Source: Lama glama (lineage: Eukaryota). From it: a DNA stretch of 64,000 nucleotides. The stretch covers positions 26,598,001 to 26,662,000 of the forward strand of contig CM052850.1 of the NCBI GenBank assembly GCA_028534125.1, read 5' to 3'. A program made the position numbers and the translations under genes. A model generated the notes under the pieces. That model saw nothing but the letters and a program-made list of their open reading frames with translations. It did not search any database and was not told the DNA's origin. Positions 50,621 through 63,699 of this stretch are shown here, in pieces. Positions within the stretch are counted from its first letter, which is position 1. Each line of letters begins with the position of its first letter.

Positions 50621-50759
50621 TTCAGCGTGATATAAAACAGCAACCTAAGGGTGGGTGGGCGACCTTGGAGCCTATTTCTGTGACTCCACTTCCTGGTTTC
50701 TGTAGCTCTCACTTCGGTCCCTGAGAGCATCCCGGGTTGGGGGTCTTTGAGGTACGTGA

Positions 50760-51140
50760 AGGCACCTTCCTGTCTAGGTCACCAGGCACCTGACCTGACG
50801 CCGGCCAAGTTGACCAGGGCTGCGGATCACCTAGGCCTATGCAGATGTAATCAAGTTCAGATGGAGTCACACTGGATTCAAGTGGGTCCTAAATCTAACA
50901 AAACTGAAGATGTCTTCGTGAGAAGTAAGCTGACACAAGTGGGAGAGGTGGCATTTGAGGCAGCAGGGCCTGCAGGAGCCACCTGAGCCCCCAGACCAGG
51001 GCCAGGCAGGAGGGAATTCTGTTCTGGCGATTGGAGGGAGCATAGTCCTATTGACACCTTGATTTCAAGCTTCAGAGCTTTGAGTCAGTTTTTGTTGTTT
51101 TAAGCTACGCAGTTCTCCTTTGTTCCGGCAGCTGTTATAG
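50760..51140 (+). mobile_element. MaLR (MLT1-like) LTR
   Basis: gcagatgtaatcaagttcagatggagtcacactggattcaagtgggtcctaaatctaa...accttgatttcaagcttcagagc...ttgttgttttaagctac. Confidence 0.7.
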
Positions 51141-52889
51141 GACCCACGTGCAGGCCTTACATAGTTGTCCTGACAGCCCTGCCTGAGGTCCTGGCTGACA
51201 GCAGACACGTGGACAGATCTTTGGGTGACCCCAACCCCCCAACATTGGGTCACCCCAACTCCAAAGCCGATGGAGCTGATGCTGGGGGTAGAGGCAGAGA
51301 TGTCCCCACTGCACCCTGCCAAAATGAAAGTTTCATGAGCAAAAGGCTTTTGTGTGTTTAAGCCAGTGAGTGGGGCTGGTTGTTACACAGCAGCAGGGTG
51401 GACGCCACACTGCCTCAACTGCAGCTGTGTGCCTGTCCTCCTGCGTCAGAACCTGGTCCCAGGACTGCCCCTGGCTCTCTGGGCCCTCTGTCCAGCCTGC
51501 TGCACGCATGCACATGGCCTCCCATCTCCAATACACCATGCTCTGCCCTGTCCAGCATCCTAATTGTCACCAGTTCGGTGCATAAGAAATTCTATCTTGT
51601 TTTAATTTGCATTTCTTGATCTTTTAATGACTTCAGACACCTTTTCTTATGCTGATTAGCTTCTTAAATTTCCTTCTCTGAAGACAGCCTCTTCGTAGCT
51701 TTTGCTATTTTTCTAAGTGGGGCTGCTGCCTTTTTCTTGTTCATTTGCAGGATTTCACCAAAGTGAAGAACTGATTATTCATCTCTTTCATAGAGGAGCC
51801 GTGGGCTGGGAGAGGCCAAAGCAGTGGCCCAGAGTCACACAGCAAGAAGCAGCCTATCTGAGCACAGTGCTGCCAGCAGGTTGCCGAGGAGACAGCCCTC
51901 AGAGCTCAGCACCTGCCCAAAGCCAGCAGGTGCTTCCAGGGTCAGGCTTAGCTCCAGACACACCTTCATCCTCCACCTGCCAGATGAAGTGGGGCTTTAA
52001 AATCTCATCCTGGAGCAGGGGTGCCACCCTCCTCCTGAGGCTTCATGGCTGCTGGGAGCTTCCTCTGGAGAGGCCAGGGATGGGCACAAGGGCAGGAATT
52101 CGGGGACTAAGAACTTTGAGGTCTGGGCAGGGTGAGTGGGAGGGTGCCCGCCTCTCTGTTCCTGTGGTGCCGATGGGCACAGAGGCTCCTGACAGAGTTG
52201 GCTGCCCTGGCCCGCTGGGCCCAGGGCCTGCCCTTGGGGTCACATCCCCTGGTACCCACTGGTTTCTGGAGTCAACCTGCTGGGCTCAAACCCAGCTCTG
52301 TCACCGTGAGGCAAGGGCTAGAGAAGGCACTTCACCTCCCTGGGCTTGTTTCTTCTTGGGGCCCTGCAGAGGGCCTGGAACCCTGCCCACACAAGACACA
52401 CAACAAAACCAGCAGTTGCCAGTTCACAAGTCTTTCCCAGGGATCCAAACACGGCTCCCCAGCCCAAACCAGCTTGTGGTGTGGGCCAAACTGCCCGCCT
52501 CTGTGGCAGCCTGGGCTGCTGGGGGTCCCGCCTTCCCTGGAGAGGCTGCCCATGGCTAGGACCAGGCCACGTGCTGTCTTCTCGCCAGGGGCCCCCCAGT
52601 GTGTGCCCCACCTGGAGAACAAAGATGATCCTCAAGAATGCTTCAGGGTGAGTGCTCTGGGTTCCCGTCCTGTCACCTGCTTGGCCCCAGAGACTTGCGT
52701 CCTGGCCTAGAGGCTACAGCCCCAGGGACCCCACTCCTGTGCAGAGGCTGGGTTTGTGATGGACCCCAGTGGTCTCTGGGACTGTCTGGCTCTTGCTGGT
52801 CAGCTGTGGGTGGCTACGCTGCCCAGGCCTCCACCCAGCCAGCAGGGTACGGGGAAGTGACCTGCACGGACAAGGATGTGAGTGACCTC

Positions 52890-52895
52890 TTTATT
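52890..52895 (-). terminator. VPS9D1 polyadenylation signal
   Basis: Plus-strand tttatt reads AATAAA on the minus strand, ~490 nt past the stop codon. Confidence 0.75.
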
Positions 52896-53387
52896 TGTAG
52901 CTGGGTCAGCGGCTGCCCAGGGGCCTGTAACAGTCAGAGTGGGCAGGCGCTGACTGTTGGGTTCACAGTGACCCAGAAGGGGTAGGGATTGTCCAGGGAT
53001 CTCAGGATGTCCAGTGTCCACTGCCAAGGGTGGGAGTGTGGCTCAGAACCCCCAGACATGGACAGGTGACCTGGGGACACCTGGGCATCTGGGACAGAGT
53101 GGAGTGGTCAGTGCCCAATGAATAAACAGCACAGCCTAAGCCCCCGGGCCCTGGGCCTCTGTGGGGGTGACAGGCTCTCGCCTCCAACAAAAAAGTGGCT
53201 CAGGAGACAGAAGGGTAGAGAAACCAGGTCTGCCCTCAGCCGGCAGCCCCTCTGTCCTTGGGTCGGTGGGGCCCTAGAGCATGTGCAGCCCCCGGGGAGT
53301 CTGGTTTCCCTGCTGGGGTCTCTCAGAGGCAGGGACAGCAGGGAGGAGGGCCTGGCTCCTGGGAGCTGACTGCTCAGCCACATCCCC

Positions 53388-56300
53388 TCAGGAGCAGAGG
53401 GGCCGTCTTGAGCCCTGAGGGCAGTTGTCAGATGGGGCCAGGAGTCCCAGGAGAGCCTCAGCTCCCGCAGCAGGGGCTCCTGGACAGACCTTGGCAGGCC
53501 CGCCCAGGGCCCCCCGGGGCAGCAGCTCCACGTAGCTCAGGGCACTCTGCAGCGATGTCAGGCAGTAGCCCTCTTCTCCAATCAGGTACCTGCATGGAGG
53601 CAGGTACGGCACCTGTCATCTGGAGGGGACGCACCCTCACTGGATGCACAGGTCCCACAGAAGGCTGTGAGGGGGCTGGGCTGCGGGTGGCCCACTCCCC
53701 GGGCAGACGCTGCTCAGGGGATGGCACCCCAGCCCCTCTCAGCAGTGTGCTAAGTGGGGGTAGGGAGAGGGGGCTGTGGGCTGTGGGCACAGGTGGACCC
53801 CCAGCTGGGGAGCGCAAGCCCAGACCCTGCTGGCGTGGTGCTGCCCGGGGCTCCTACCCCTCGTGGATGAACTCCTCCAGGGCCGCGCACTCTGACACCA
53901 GCTGGGGGAGGCCGCTTCTCAGGGCCACGAAGGACAGGATGGGCAGCAGGTCGTCGGCACCACTGTTGGGAGAGGGCAGCTGCTCTCCCTGGGCCCCTCA
54001 GCCCACTGGCCTCTGGGGCTGGGTATGAACTCCGGTCAGTGTGACTAGAGACCACCTAGGAGCAGCCAGGCCATCCCCAGACAGGGACCCTGCGCTGCAA
54101 AGCCCAGGGCGGGGTGGGGAGGCCCCACAGCGAACCTGCCTGAGCCCAGGGGACAGGATGAGGGAGAGGGTGGCCCATGTGCCAGGCAGCCTGCTCCCTC
54201 CTGTCAGGTGTCACTCAGCTTGTCACGCCAGGTACTCCAGACCCTCTGCAAGAGGCACCTAAGTGAGCAAGGGAGGCCCTAAGGGACACTCGGAGCCTGG
54301 CCCAAGGCCTCACAGCCAGTGGGCTCTGCAGTGAGCACGGAGGCAAAGCATGGGGTTTGAACCGGATGACCAGGGAAGCCTCACATCCCAGGGACTTCTG
54401 GGCGGCCTGGCCCCCTCCTCCCCAGGGACCACACACCTGTAGGTATGCTCCCTGGCCCCTGGGATATCCCTGGGAGGAAGCTAGTGTGGGCTGCTGCCAG
54501 GACTTGGAAGCACTTTCAGCCCTGGAACCCCATCACTGGCAGCAACTCACTCCGCAGCCAGATGGCAACATGGTGAAAGCAGCCGCTGAGAGCCTGGCTG
54601 GGTTCCCTGGCCAGACCCTGCAGCTGAGGCCCAGCACCCTGGCCCTGGGGGTGGGGTGGGAGTGGGAGGAGTGCCTCCCTGCTGACCTCACACTCAGCTG
54701 AGACTCCCACCTGTCGCACCTGTCGGCCTCTGTGCAGGCAGGCGCCACAGCCTGCCCAGCAGGCTGCAAGGACAGGGGCCTTCCAGGCTACTCCCTCTCT
54801 GACCCAGGGGTGGGGTCAGGAGGCAGAGCCCCAGCAGGTGCTAAGAGGACAGCAGCCCGAGTGGTGCCAGGGCTGAGGAAGAAGGCTGCTGGCCACAAGT
54901 GGGTCCAGGTAGGACTAAGGTAGGGCCCAGGTGGGGAAGACCTCTGCCCTACCTCAGGAGGGTGGGGCAGGAACTCCAGGGATGGGGACCCAGTGCAGGG
55001 AACACTGGGCCTGAGGTGGCTTCCCCCAGGCGTGTGACTGAGGGGAAGCACGTACTTCTGGGATAAGTAGTCCTAAATTTCACCGGATGAGCTAGCTAGG
55101 GATGACAACATGCTGCCTGCGGAGGCTGGAGCCCAGGGTCCTTGGTGGAGATGGGTCAGGCGGCCGGCAGAAACCCATGGTCCCAGTGCCTGGGGCAGGG
55201 AGGAAGGGAAGGGTTCCCTCTTCCCCCAGGCTTCCAAAGGCAGCCCCCCAGCACCCAGGGCCCACCTGGCTGTGCCCCCTGGGACTCACATGGCGGCAGT
55301 GCCGGGCTGGGGTTCAGCCTCCTGGTCCCGGTAGTAGCCTTCAGCGCAGGCACAGATGACCCGCAGGGCCCGCACTATGGCGCAGAAGTGAGGCTTCGAT
55401 GAGGAGCTAGGGACCCCATCCCAGGAACATCTCCCAGGCACGGCTCCCACCCACCTCGTGCGCAGGGCTGGGCAGAGCCAGGCTGCGCCCTCCTGGGGGT
55501 ACTGCTTCCACACCACTCATGCCCCAGAGGACACACCGCCATGGAGCATGAGAAGGGCCCGAGGCCCAGAGGTGAGGGCATAGGCTCCAGGTCACCCTCT
55601 GAGACAGGACCCTGTCTTATCTGACCACATCACCCCTTCTCTCCTCCCAGACCATCTCCCCTTACCAATGCACTCCAGCTTCTTCTGGGGGCAGCTCTCC
55701 AGAACCAGCAGCCCCAGCTCCTGGGCTGCAGCACAGTAGGGGTAGGCACCAGCTCCTGCGGCCCCGGGGTCCCGTGGGAGGAGCTTGGTGGGGACACCAA
55801 TGGCTGCCGGGGGGGCATTCCTGTACAGCTCCATGCTCCTGCCAAGGGCAGCCTCCCGGAGGCGGTGAAGGCTCCTGGGGCAGAGAGAGGCCAGGCTCAG
55901 CTGCCCTGGGACGCTGCCAGGGAGGGAATGGAGGCAGGGCTGGGGAAAGCTGGCCGTGCCCCGAGGTGGGCGTGGCACCACCTGCAAACCAGAAACACCT
56001 GAGGACTGCCCGGGAGTAAAAAGCACTGGCTGGAAGTACGAAGGTCACCTCGGGGCTGGAGATGGGGGCTGCGAGGCTGCGGCAGTGGGAGGCTGCAGGG
56101 TACTGGGGCTGGGCCGCACCTGTAGACGGCCAGCAGCAGGGGCCACAGTGGGGAGAAGAAGGGCTCCTCGATGCAGGCCAGGCAGCGGTCCTTGGAGGCG
56201 GCCGTGTTCAGGCCTTCAAAAGCCAGGAGGGTCAGCGCGAGCAGCCTGTCTGCCGAGAGCAGAGCCGGCACAGCGGCACTGTGGGGATGGCTGGGACCTC

Positions 56301-59300
56301 TGGCCGTGGCTGGCAGTCCCTGGAGGTCACTCCTCCCCAGCTCAGCCAGCCTGGGATGCCCAGCCAGACCCCACCTGCCTCTGCCTCCACTCCCCAGGGG
56401 CAGCCTCAGTTGGGTGGGCAGAGCCACAGTTAGCTTCTGGGCTCTGTGGGAGGGCTTCGCATGGCCCGGCCTTCCCTCCCCTTCAAACTCCGCAGCCTAT
56501 GGTCAGAGTAGGGGATCTAGGCCTTCAGCCCCGGGGGCTCACAGGGTCATAACTAACTCCCCCAAGGGGCCAAGGAGACAAGCCTGGGAAGGAGAACAGA
56601 AGACAGCCTCTTTCTGAAAAGGGTCTGTACCCCAAACTGTGGGAACCCAGATGAGCTTTAGACACACATTTGAAGACAAGAAATCAGAGGCCCAGGGATA
56701 TGAAGGACCCCCAGGAAGGAGGCGGGACTGGCCCAGGGCCTCCCTCACTGGTCCTGAGAAAACCCTGACAGCCTTCCTCCTTGGAGGGGATGTTGAAGTC
56801 ACCTGCTGCCCTGGCCCCTGAGGGAACCCACACGCTATTCTCAGGACAGAGATGCTGAGATGAGCCCTTTGTCATCAACAGGTGGCACACACACCGAAGC
56901 CCTTAGTCTGGGATGACGTGGGTCCACCCTGAGGCTCTGAGGGCAGACCCTTTCCCAACAGAAGACACGTAGACCAGGCTTGTCTCCTCGAGCAGGCGGT
57001 GAAGAGACAGCCAGGGATCGAGGGAGACCCTGGGCCCACAGCCAGACCCAGCTACCCTCCAAGCCCTGGTGCGTCCCGGCCTGCTAAGCAGACCGTGTGG
57101 TCCTGAGGAGGGTGGATGGGGAGGGCCCTGCAGGTCAGGGCTGGTCTGCCTGCCACCCAGATGACAGCCCCTTTGCCCTGCCCTGGGCCTACCCCAGGCT
57201 GTGCCAAGCTTTTGCTTCAGAGCCAGCGCAGCTCCACCGCCCACCATTGCTGCAGGTGCGCGAGCCTCACCAATGGCGTCGTGTATGTCCTTCACCACGC
57301 ACTTCAGCTGCTCTGGCAACGGCTCCTTCCTCACCCCTGGGGTCTGGGGCTCAGGCTGCCCCCCAGGGCCCCGGCCCCACCTCTCAGAAGTGGCCAAGAA
57401 CTGTTCCAGGTCCTCAAAGGAGCTGTCCTTGCCTGGCAGGTGGGATGAGGTGTCCACTAGGGGTGAGGGAGGCCCCAAGGGGCTGCTGTCCACCCCTGTG
57501 TCTGGGGAGCCGTGGTAGGGTGGGGGTGTAGCAGGGCTGGGGGCCGGGCCAGGCTCTGGGGAGGAAGGCAGGCAGTAGAGGCTCTGTGAGGGCCGGAGCC
57601 GCCGGCTTCCAGGAGTCAGCAGCCCGTCAGCATCAGGGGGCAGGGAACAGCAGCCAGGGGCTGAGGTGGCGCCCCCTGCACCCCTGCTCACGATGGGGTA
57701 CAGTGCCCGGTACACCGCACACTGGAGCTTCCTCAGGAGCTGCGAGATGGGGTGGTCGGGGACGCTGCGAGCAGAGGAGGTGGCGTGTTAGGGCTGGAGG
57801 GGTGGGGTCCCCCTGGTGGGCTCTGACCTGGTCTGAGAAAGCCCATAGCCCTGCGAGGCCCTCACTGGACCCCTGCCCACCTGTAACGTGGCCCTGCCGG
57901 GTGGGATTTCAGAGGACTGACTATTTCCCTGTGGGTCAATGTGGCAAATCAAGTCTGCCTGCCCTTGGAGAAGGTAGGAGGCGAGGCCATCAGTGCGAGG
58001 GGGCCCCTGGGGGCTAGTGTGGCCCGCTGCCCCTTGCAGTCACCCTCAGACCTCCCCCTGCTCTTTCCTTTTTAGTCCTTTTCTCCTCTGTCAGCCTGCA
58101 GCCCGGGGAGGGGCTCAAGGCCCTGGTACCTGAGCAGGTGGGAGACCAGGTTGGTCACCAGTGACAGGTCCCCTGGGCTCTTCTTGAGCTTGGCCCGCCA
58201 GTGCTTTGGCCAGTCCTGCAGGACAGGAGATCGTGGAGGAGGACTCGGGGAAGACCCTCCTCCCTCACCAAGGCTGCACCTCAGGGGCCAGCGCCCTTCA
58301 CTGGTGCCCCAGCGGGAGTGGAGGGAAGGCCCTGCCTGCACTCCCCCCAGACTCACGTGGTCTTGCTCATACTCCAGGATGGCGGCGTAGAGGGCCCGCT
58401 GCTCCCGCTCCTCGGGGGTCAGGGCGACCTGACTGCAGAACCTCCTGGGAAGAAGGACGGGTCTGGAGGCCTCAGGGCTGAACAGACAGGTGCAGGAGTC
58501 CCCACCTGTCCTGCTGGTGGCTTCTGGGCCCAACAGGAGGACACACACCTGTTGGCAGCCTCCTGGAGCCGCAGCCGGCGTTCTTCCATCTTCCTCTGCA
58601 GCTGGGGCAGCCGAGTCAAGGCCCTTTCTTTCTGATTTCTGATGCGGTGTCCCCTACACACGTGCACAGACCTCTGGGATGTCCCGCTGTGCTGGATACA
58701 GGGTCGAGCAGGGTGGGTGGGAGGAGGGGCAGGGCCAGAAGATGGGCCCACTCAGGGCAGGAAGGCAAGTCCTGGCTGACCCGAGGGGTGGGGAGGAGCC
58801 TGTGGGTGCTGAGAGGGCCAGGGCGGCCTGTGCAAGTGTGGGGAGGGCAGAGACAGCCTGGCTAGGCAGGAACCATCCCGAGGACATGTCTCTCTGAAAC
58901 TGGAGTTCTCCCACACCCAGACCCTGGCACCCTTACCTGCCCAACCCAGCTGATGGTCACATTATGAATTTCTGCCCCTGAACACCAAGCATGGATGGAA
59001 GGATACTGTCTCTTCCCGGGCTCTGGCGATCACTAGGTTCTCCATCATCTGCCGCTGCAGGGACAGGGTCTAGGAGGGAAGGAGGGAATCAGGCCTGCTC
59101 CCTCCACCAGCCCAGACCCTCCTGGGCCCTGCTCACCAGGGACGTCTTCTGCATGGCCTGGCTGGGGTCCAGACGGGCCATCCGGGCCTCATATGCAGCC
59201 TTCAGCTTCTGATTCTGCAGGGAGGCCTCCTCCAGGGGTGTCAGCTCCCTGGAATGGTGACAAGCTGCTGTCCAGGCTCCAGGAAGCCCAGGAACACTCT

Positions 59301-62300
59301 GGTCACCTGAGGACCCTTCCTGACCCTGCCCTGAGACCAGAAGGTGAGGAGGTGGTGATGGGGCAGACAGGAGTGTGAAGGAGGGATGCGGTCCAGGGTG
59401 GATGGGAGATACCTGCCCCGCTGAGACATGACCCTATTGGCAAGACTTCTGACTTTTCAGCAGAACCTTGACCACAGACCTTTATGCAAGTCAGTTACAT
59501 GTGTTTGGTAACAGCATGAAACTCTTTGAAGGCACCATGTGGGCCAAACAGCTAGGTTAGTTTGCAACCCATGAAGGGAAAGTCAGGTCTACCAGATAAC
59601 AGGCGCTGACAGCGCCCCTCCCCACTGCCCCCATCAGAACTTTCTGTCCCGCACTTTCCTGCTGTCAGGGTGGGAGAAGGTCAGCTGTGGGGACACGGGC
59701 AGTCCTGGGTCGTGGGGTGGAAGTCTGTGCAGGCAGAGACAAGGTGGAGCAGTGGCCCGAGGCCTGGCAGCAGCAGAGCCCGTCCTCCACTCATCCTGCT
59801 GGGATTCTGGCAACTGTGGTCTGGTGTCTTTCGTCTGTTCTGGAAGACTGCCTTAATCTCTTCAAATAACGCCCCTCTTGTATTTTCTTTCTCATCTTTT
59901 TCTGGAATTCTAATGACCTATATTGGACCTTCCATGTCTTTTTCAAATTTTCTTTTTTTCTTTCTGTGTGTCTTTCTGGGTATCTTTTAATCTTTTATCC
60001 AATTCACTAATTGTCTCTTCAGCTGTGTCTGCTCTGCTGTTATAAACTTGTCCACTCCTTTTTGTGTACATGTGTGGATATTTACAGGAGAATATAATTT
60101 GTTGTTTTTTTCTAATTAGTTTAAAAATAATTTCATTATTTTTTATTTCTTTTCTGCTTGGTTCTTTATTTGACCCCTAGTATAAATCAGGGTCAGATTT
60201 TACAGCTTCGTGTTTCTTGGAGGTATTTCCAAACTTGCCTTTCATTTCTCTAAAATGTAGAGAGCATGATGGTTTCATAATCTGTCCTGTAACTCTATCT
60301 GAAGATTTGCAGGTCTGTTTTTGCTACCATTCCTTCACAGTTTCTTGTTTCTTTCTGTGCTTGGTTATCTTTGACTATGTACCATTCATTTTATGACAGC
60401 TGAAGGTGATTTTCTCCAAAGACAATCTGAATTTATTTCTGCCAGACACCAGGTATTTCCATCCTGGGACCCATTTTGACTAAATCCACCATGGTCAGCT
60501 CACTTTGCCTCCAAACCCAGGCTCAGCCCCCCTTCCATTGTGCCCCATCTTACTTCTTAGAGCTTTGCGACTCTACCACCTGAAGCTTCTGGAAGATCTC
60601 AGGTGGCAGAAATGGAGAGAGCTTGCCTCCCTCATCCGAGTACACTCGGCGGTGTCGGCTGGTAGGCGAGGGGGCAGGAGCAGCCACAGGCATGGCTGGC
60701 TTCAGGCGTGTTTTCCCTGAAAGAAAATGTAGTTAAGGGTCCACAGGGGGCTCCATGTTGCACAAAGGAGATGCAGACTCGAGGTAGGGGTTACCCCAGG
60801 AAACCTTCTGCTGGACACCCACCAAGTCTGGCGGCTGTTGACTGGGCCCTCTCCAGACACTGCTCCGCCAGCTTCAGCATCTTTGACGTGTCCGGGGGTA
60901 CAGTTTCTGCTTCTGGGGAGCAATGGACAAGACAGTGGTCACATCAACCTATCACTAATCAGATTCTTGCTGCGATAAAAACAAAGGCAAGCCCATCCCC
61001 TCCTAACCTCTGACCCCTGGGTGAGCCCACCCCCTTCTCATCTCTGACCATCAGCTCTGGGTTTACCTTCTGGCCCTGGTGTGTGTAGCTGTCCTGTCTG
61101 TCCTCTTGGCTGGACCATCAGAGTCTTCTCTCTACCTGCCTGGCCTTTTTATCCTCACTGACACAACTTCACTTGTACTGACAGCCCTGCTCCAGCTGGG
61201 CCCTGCCGTCACCATGGCCCTCCAGCTGTGTTCACCCAACCCTGGTGCATCGGGGGACTTCTGTTCTGCACCCCCTCCTCTGGGAATCACTCCTGTCAGC
61301 AGACTCTCCTGTGGGAACTACACCTGAAACCCTGCCCTGGACGCTGCCAGCCCCTCAGCACACCATGTCAGCCACCTGATTCCCACTGAGACTGCCCACC
61401 CACCCACATCCTGCCTTTCTCTGAAAAGCTCCCTGACCTCTCTCCTCTAGGACAGCTCCCTGGGACTTCCCCCCACCATGCCCTCCTCCCAGTCTTCCAT
61501 CTTGCGGTGCCCAGAGCTCTGCTGAGCTCCCTGGCTCCCCAGGGCAGCTCTCCCTCTGGCGATGCCCACCTCACCCTGTCCCCTGTTGGGCTGCTGGACA
61601 TCTTGAGCAGAATGTGCTCATGACAGACATCTCAGCTCCTGCACCTCCCACCCCACCAGACTGTCCACTGTCCCCTGAGAACGTCCGGTGAGGCCCATCT
61701 TCACAGTACACCTCCCAGACCCCTCCCTCCTTCCCACTCCAGGCGGTCCCACCACTGCGGTCCTTACTGTGGGAGCTTCCTGGAGGCTGTGCTTCCAGGC
61801 TGGCCTCTCCCCACAAAGCCTCCACGAGCTTCCCCTCAACCGGACAACCCTAATCCCCCCATGGCCCTGCCTGCTGACTGCACTTTCTCCTCCAGTTGGC
61901 CCCCTCCCTGTATCTGGCACCCACCCTCCTCTCAGGGCCTCTGCACGTCTGTCTGCTGGGAATGCTGCCCCCAGCCCCCAACCTGTGTGCAGCTCATTCC
62001 TCCCTGAGCTGGGGTTCAACATCCAGTCTCGGGTCTCTGCTTGACCACCTCTATCCCCTTAGGCACAGCACCCGTCCCTTCCTGCTCCACATCACATTTA
62101 TGCTTCCTGAGTGCTCAGCCATTCACCTTCTGCTAATGACCAGGTGGAGAGGACACAGGACACCCCCAGGCCTGGGACCCATCAAAGGCTAAGCTGTCCA
62201 TAGTCTGCCCAGCACGGGAGGAGCTGCAAGGCTGGACGCTGTACCTCTGGGGGTCGCCATGTCTTCCAGCAGCGCCTGGGAGATGTAGTGAACGGTCCTC

Positions 62301-62645
62301 AGGTACTCTCTGTATGCCTCCTGTGCCAGGGAAGAGAAATGGCAGGGGTCAGGCTGGAAGAGGCAAACAGTCCATCGTGCACACTTGGTGCCCTCGTGGT
62401 GCCTGCTTATCTCAGATCCACCTGCTACAGCCAGACTGGCTAGCTGGTAACCAGCTGGGGCACAGAGAGCACCCCTCTTCCCTAGACCTGAAGCCAGCAT
62501 CACTGCTTTTTTTTTCCAGTGCAGAAAGGAACTGAGGTTCTCATTCAGTGCGCCAGGCAAACCAGCCTTGGCAGTAAATGCTGTTTTTCAGTCTGTGCAA
62601 CAAGTTTCTGTCCTCTGCAACTCAGGGGCCATTCATTTGGTTGCT

Positions 62646-62686
<41 letters not shown>

Positions 62687-63699
62687 TTTTTCTGGAGGTT
62701 AATGGGGGAGTGACGTTGCAACTCTTAGAATCACTTTCTGGCTTGGGTCCTGGAAAACCCCTTTCCTGGACCCCAGAATAAGTACTCCCTGGGCATGCAA
62801 GAGTCTATAAAACACGAGGATATTGGCACTTTCAAGGGTGTGAGCATTCTGTTCAGGGCTCCCTTCCAGAGCTCAGGGCATTTCGAACCACAGCATGGTG
62901 CTTTGTTTTTTGTTTGTTTTGTTGCATCCCAGTTCTCAAATTACCCACCTTTAAGTCTACATCTCAGGGATAAGGATAAAATGGATTCCGGGAAGGATTT
63001 CTGACTTGTAGGGGCACTTGCTGCCCTAGAAAACCAATCTGGGGAAAGCAGCGAATGGGAAGACCAGGATGCCTTTCTTAGGCCCCCGCGGCCTCCTCCC
63101 CTCCTTGGGCTCCCCAGTGTGTCTCGGCCGGCTTTTCCACGCGGTCACCACCCTTCGGATTAACACCCGTTCCGGTGACAAGCCACACCCCTCCCCCGCC
63201 GGCATTTTCCTTCCAAACAAGCTCTGAAGGCGACTGGAAAGGCGCAGTTAACCTCTTATGAATTCCTTCCCCTTTGGAGATCTGGCTAAATCTGCAGGGT
63301 CCGCCCCCAAAGTCACACACACGGAGTTGTCGGCCGGATAACCTTTGGAGGGCCGCTTCACGGACCCTTTGGAATCCCCTTCACAAATGAAAACGCCTCG
63401 CCTCCAATTTCCGACTCGCTGAACAGACGGGAAACCCGAGGGCAGGAGCCGGCGGGAGCTGTCCAAGGTCACAGCCGACGCCCGAGCCAGCGCCCCGCGC
63501 CGCCCGAGGGGCCAGGAGGCGCCCACTCGCGGCCCCGCCCTCGCCCCCGCCCACCGGGCGGCAGCGGGTCCGCGACCGCCCCCGCCCCGCCCCTCCTCAC
63601 CCGGGGCCGGTTGCTGGTGTCCAGCTCGATGGCCTCGTTGGCTAGCTTCATGGCGCACTGCAACGGCTTCACCGCGCCGTCCCCGGCCGCAGCGGCCAT
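53388..63699 (-). CDS. VPS9D1: VPS9 domain-containing protein 1 (Rab5-family GEF domain, N-terminal MIT-like region), 684 aa
   Basis: 15 exons (minus): 63699-63601, 62320-62245, 60912-60823, 60716-60554, 59248-59137, 59069-59007, 58601-58549, 58444-58357, 58215-58130, 57764-57271, 56249-56120, 55874-55666, 55374-55290, 53962-53858 and 53589-53388, 2055 nt. [20 protein letters not shown]...; VPS9 motifs GADDLLP and [14 protein letters not shown]. Confidence 0.95.
58602..59006 (-). other. U12-type (minor spliceosome) GT-AG intron 6 of VPS9D1
   Basis: 5' splice site GTATCCTT; branch site CCTTGAC with the branch A 14 nt from the intron 3' end; no extended polypyrimidine tract. Confidence 0.9.
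62649..62691. repeat. (AT)15 microsatellite followed by a poly-T run
   Basis: Seen directly, in VPS9D1 intron 1. Confidence 0.95.

Noticed and set aside
51717-52559. 280-aa + strand ORF
   Set aside because: It has a non-ATG start, begins in repeat-derived sequence, and has the Pro/Gly/Ala-rich composition expected from high GC, with no recognisable domain.
53388-53402. CaaX prenylation motif at the end of the VPS9D1 extension
   Set aside because: The protein ends PLCS, so Cys is at -2 rather than -4. It does not match CaaX, CC or CXC.
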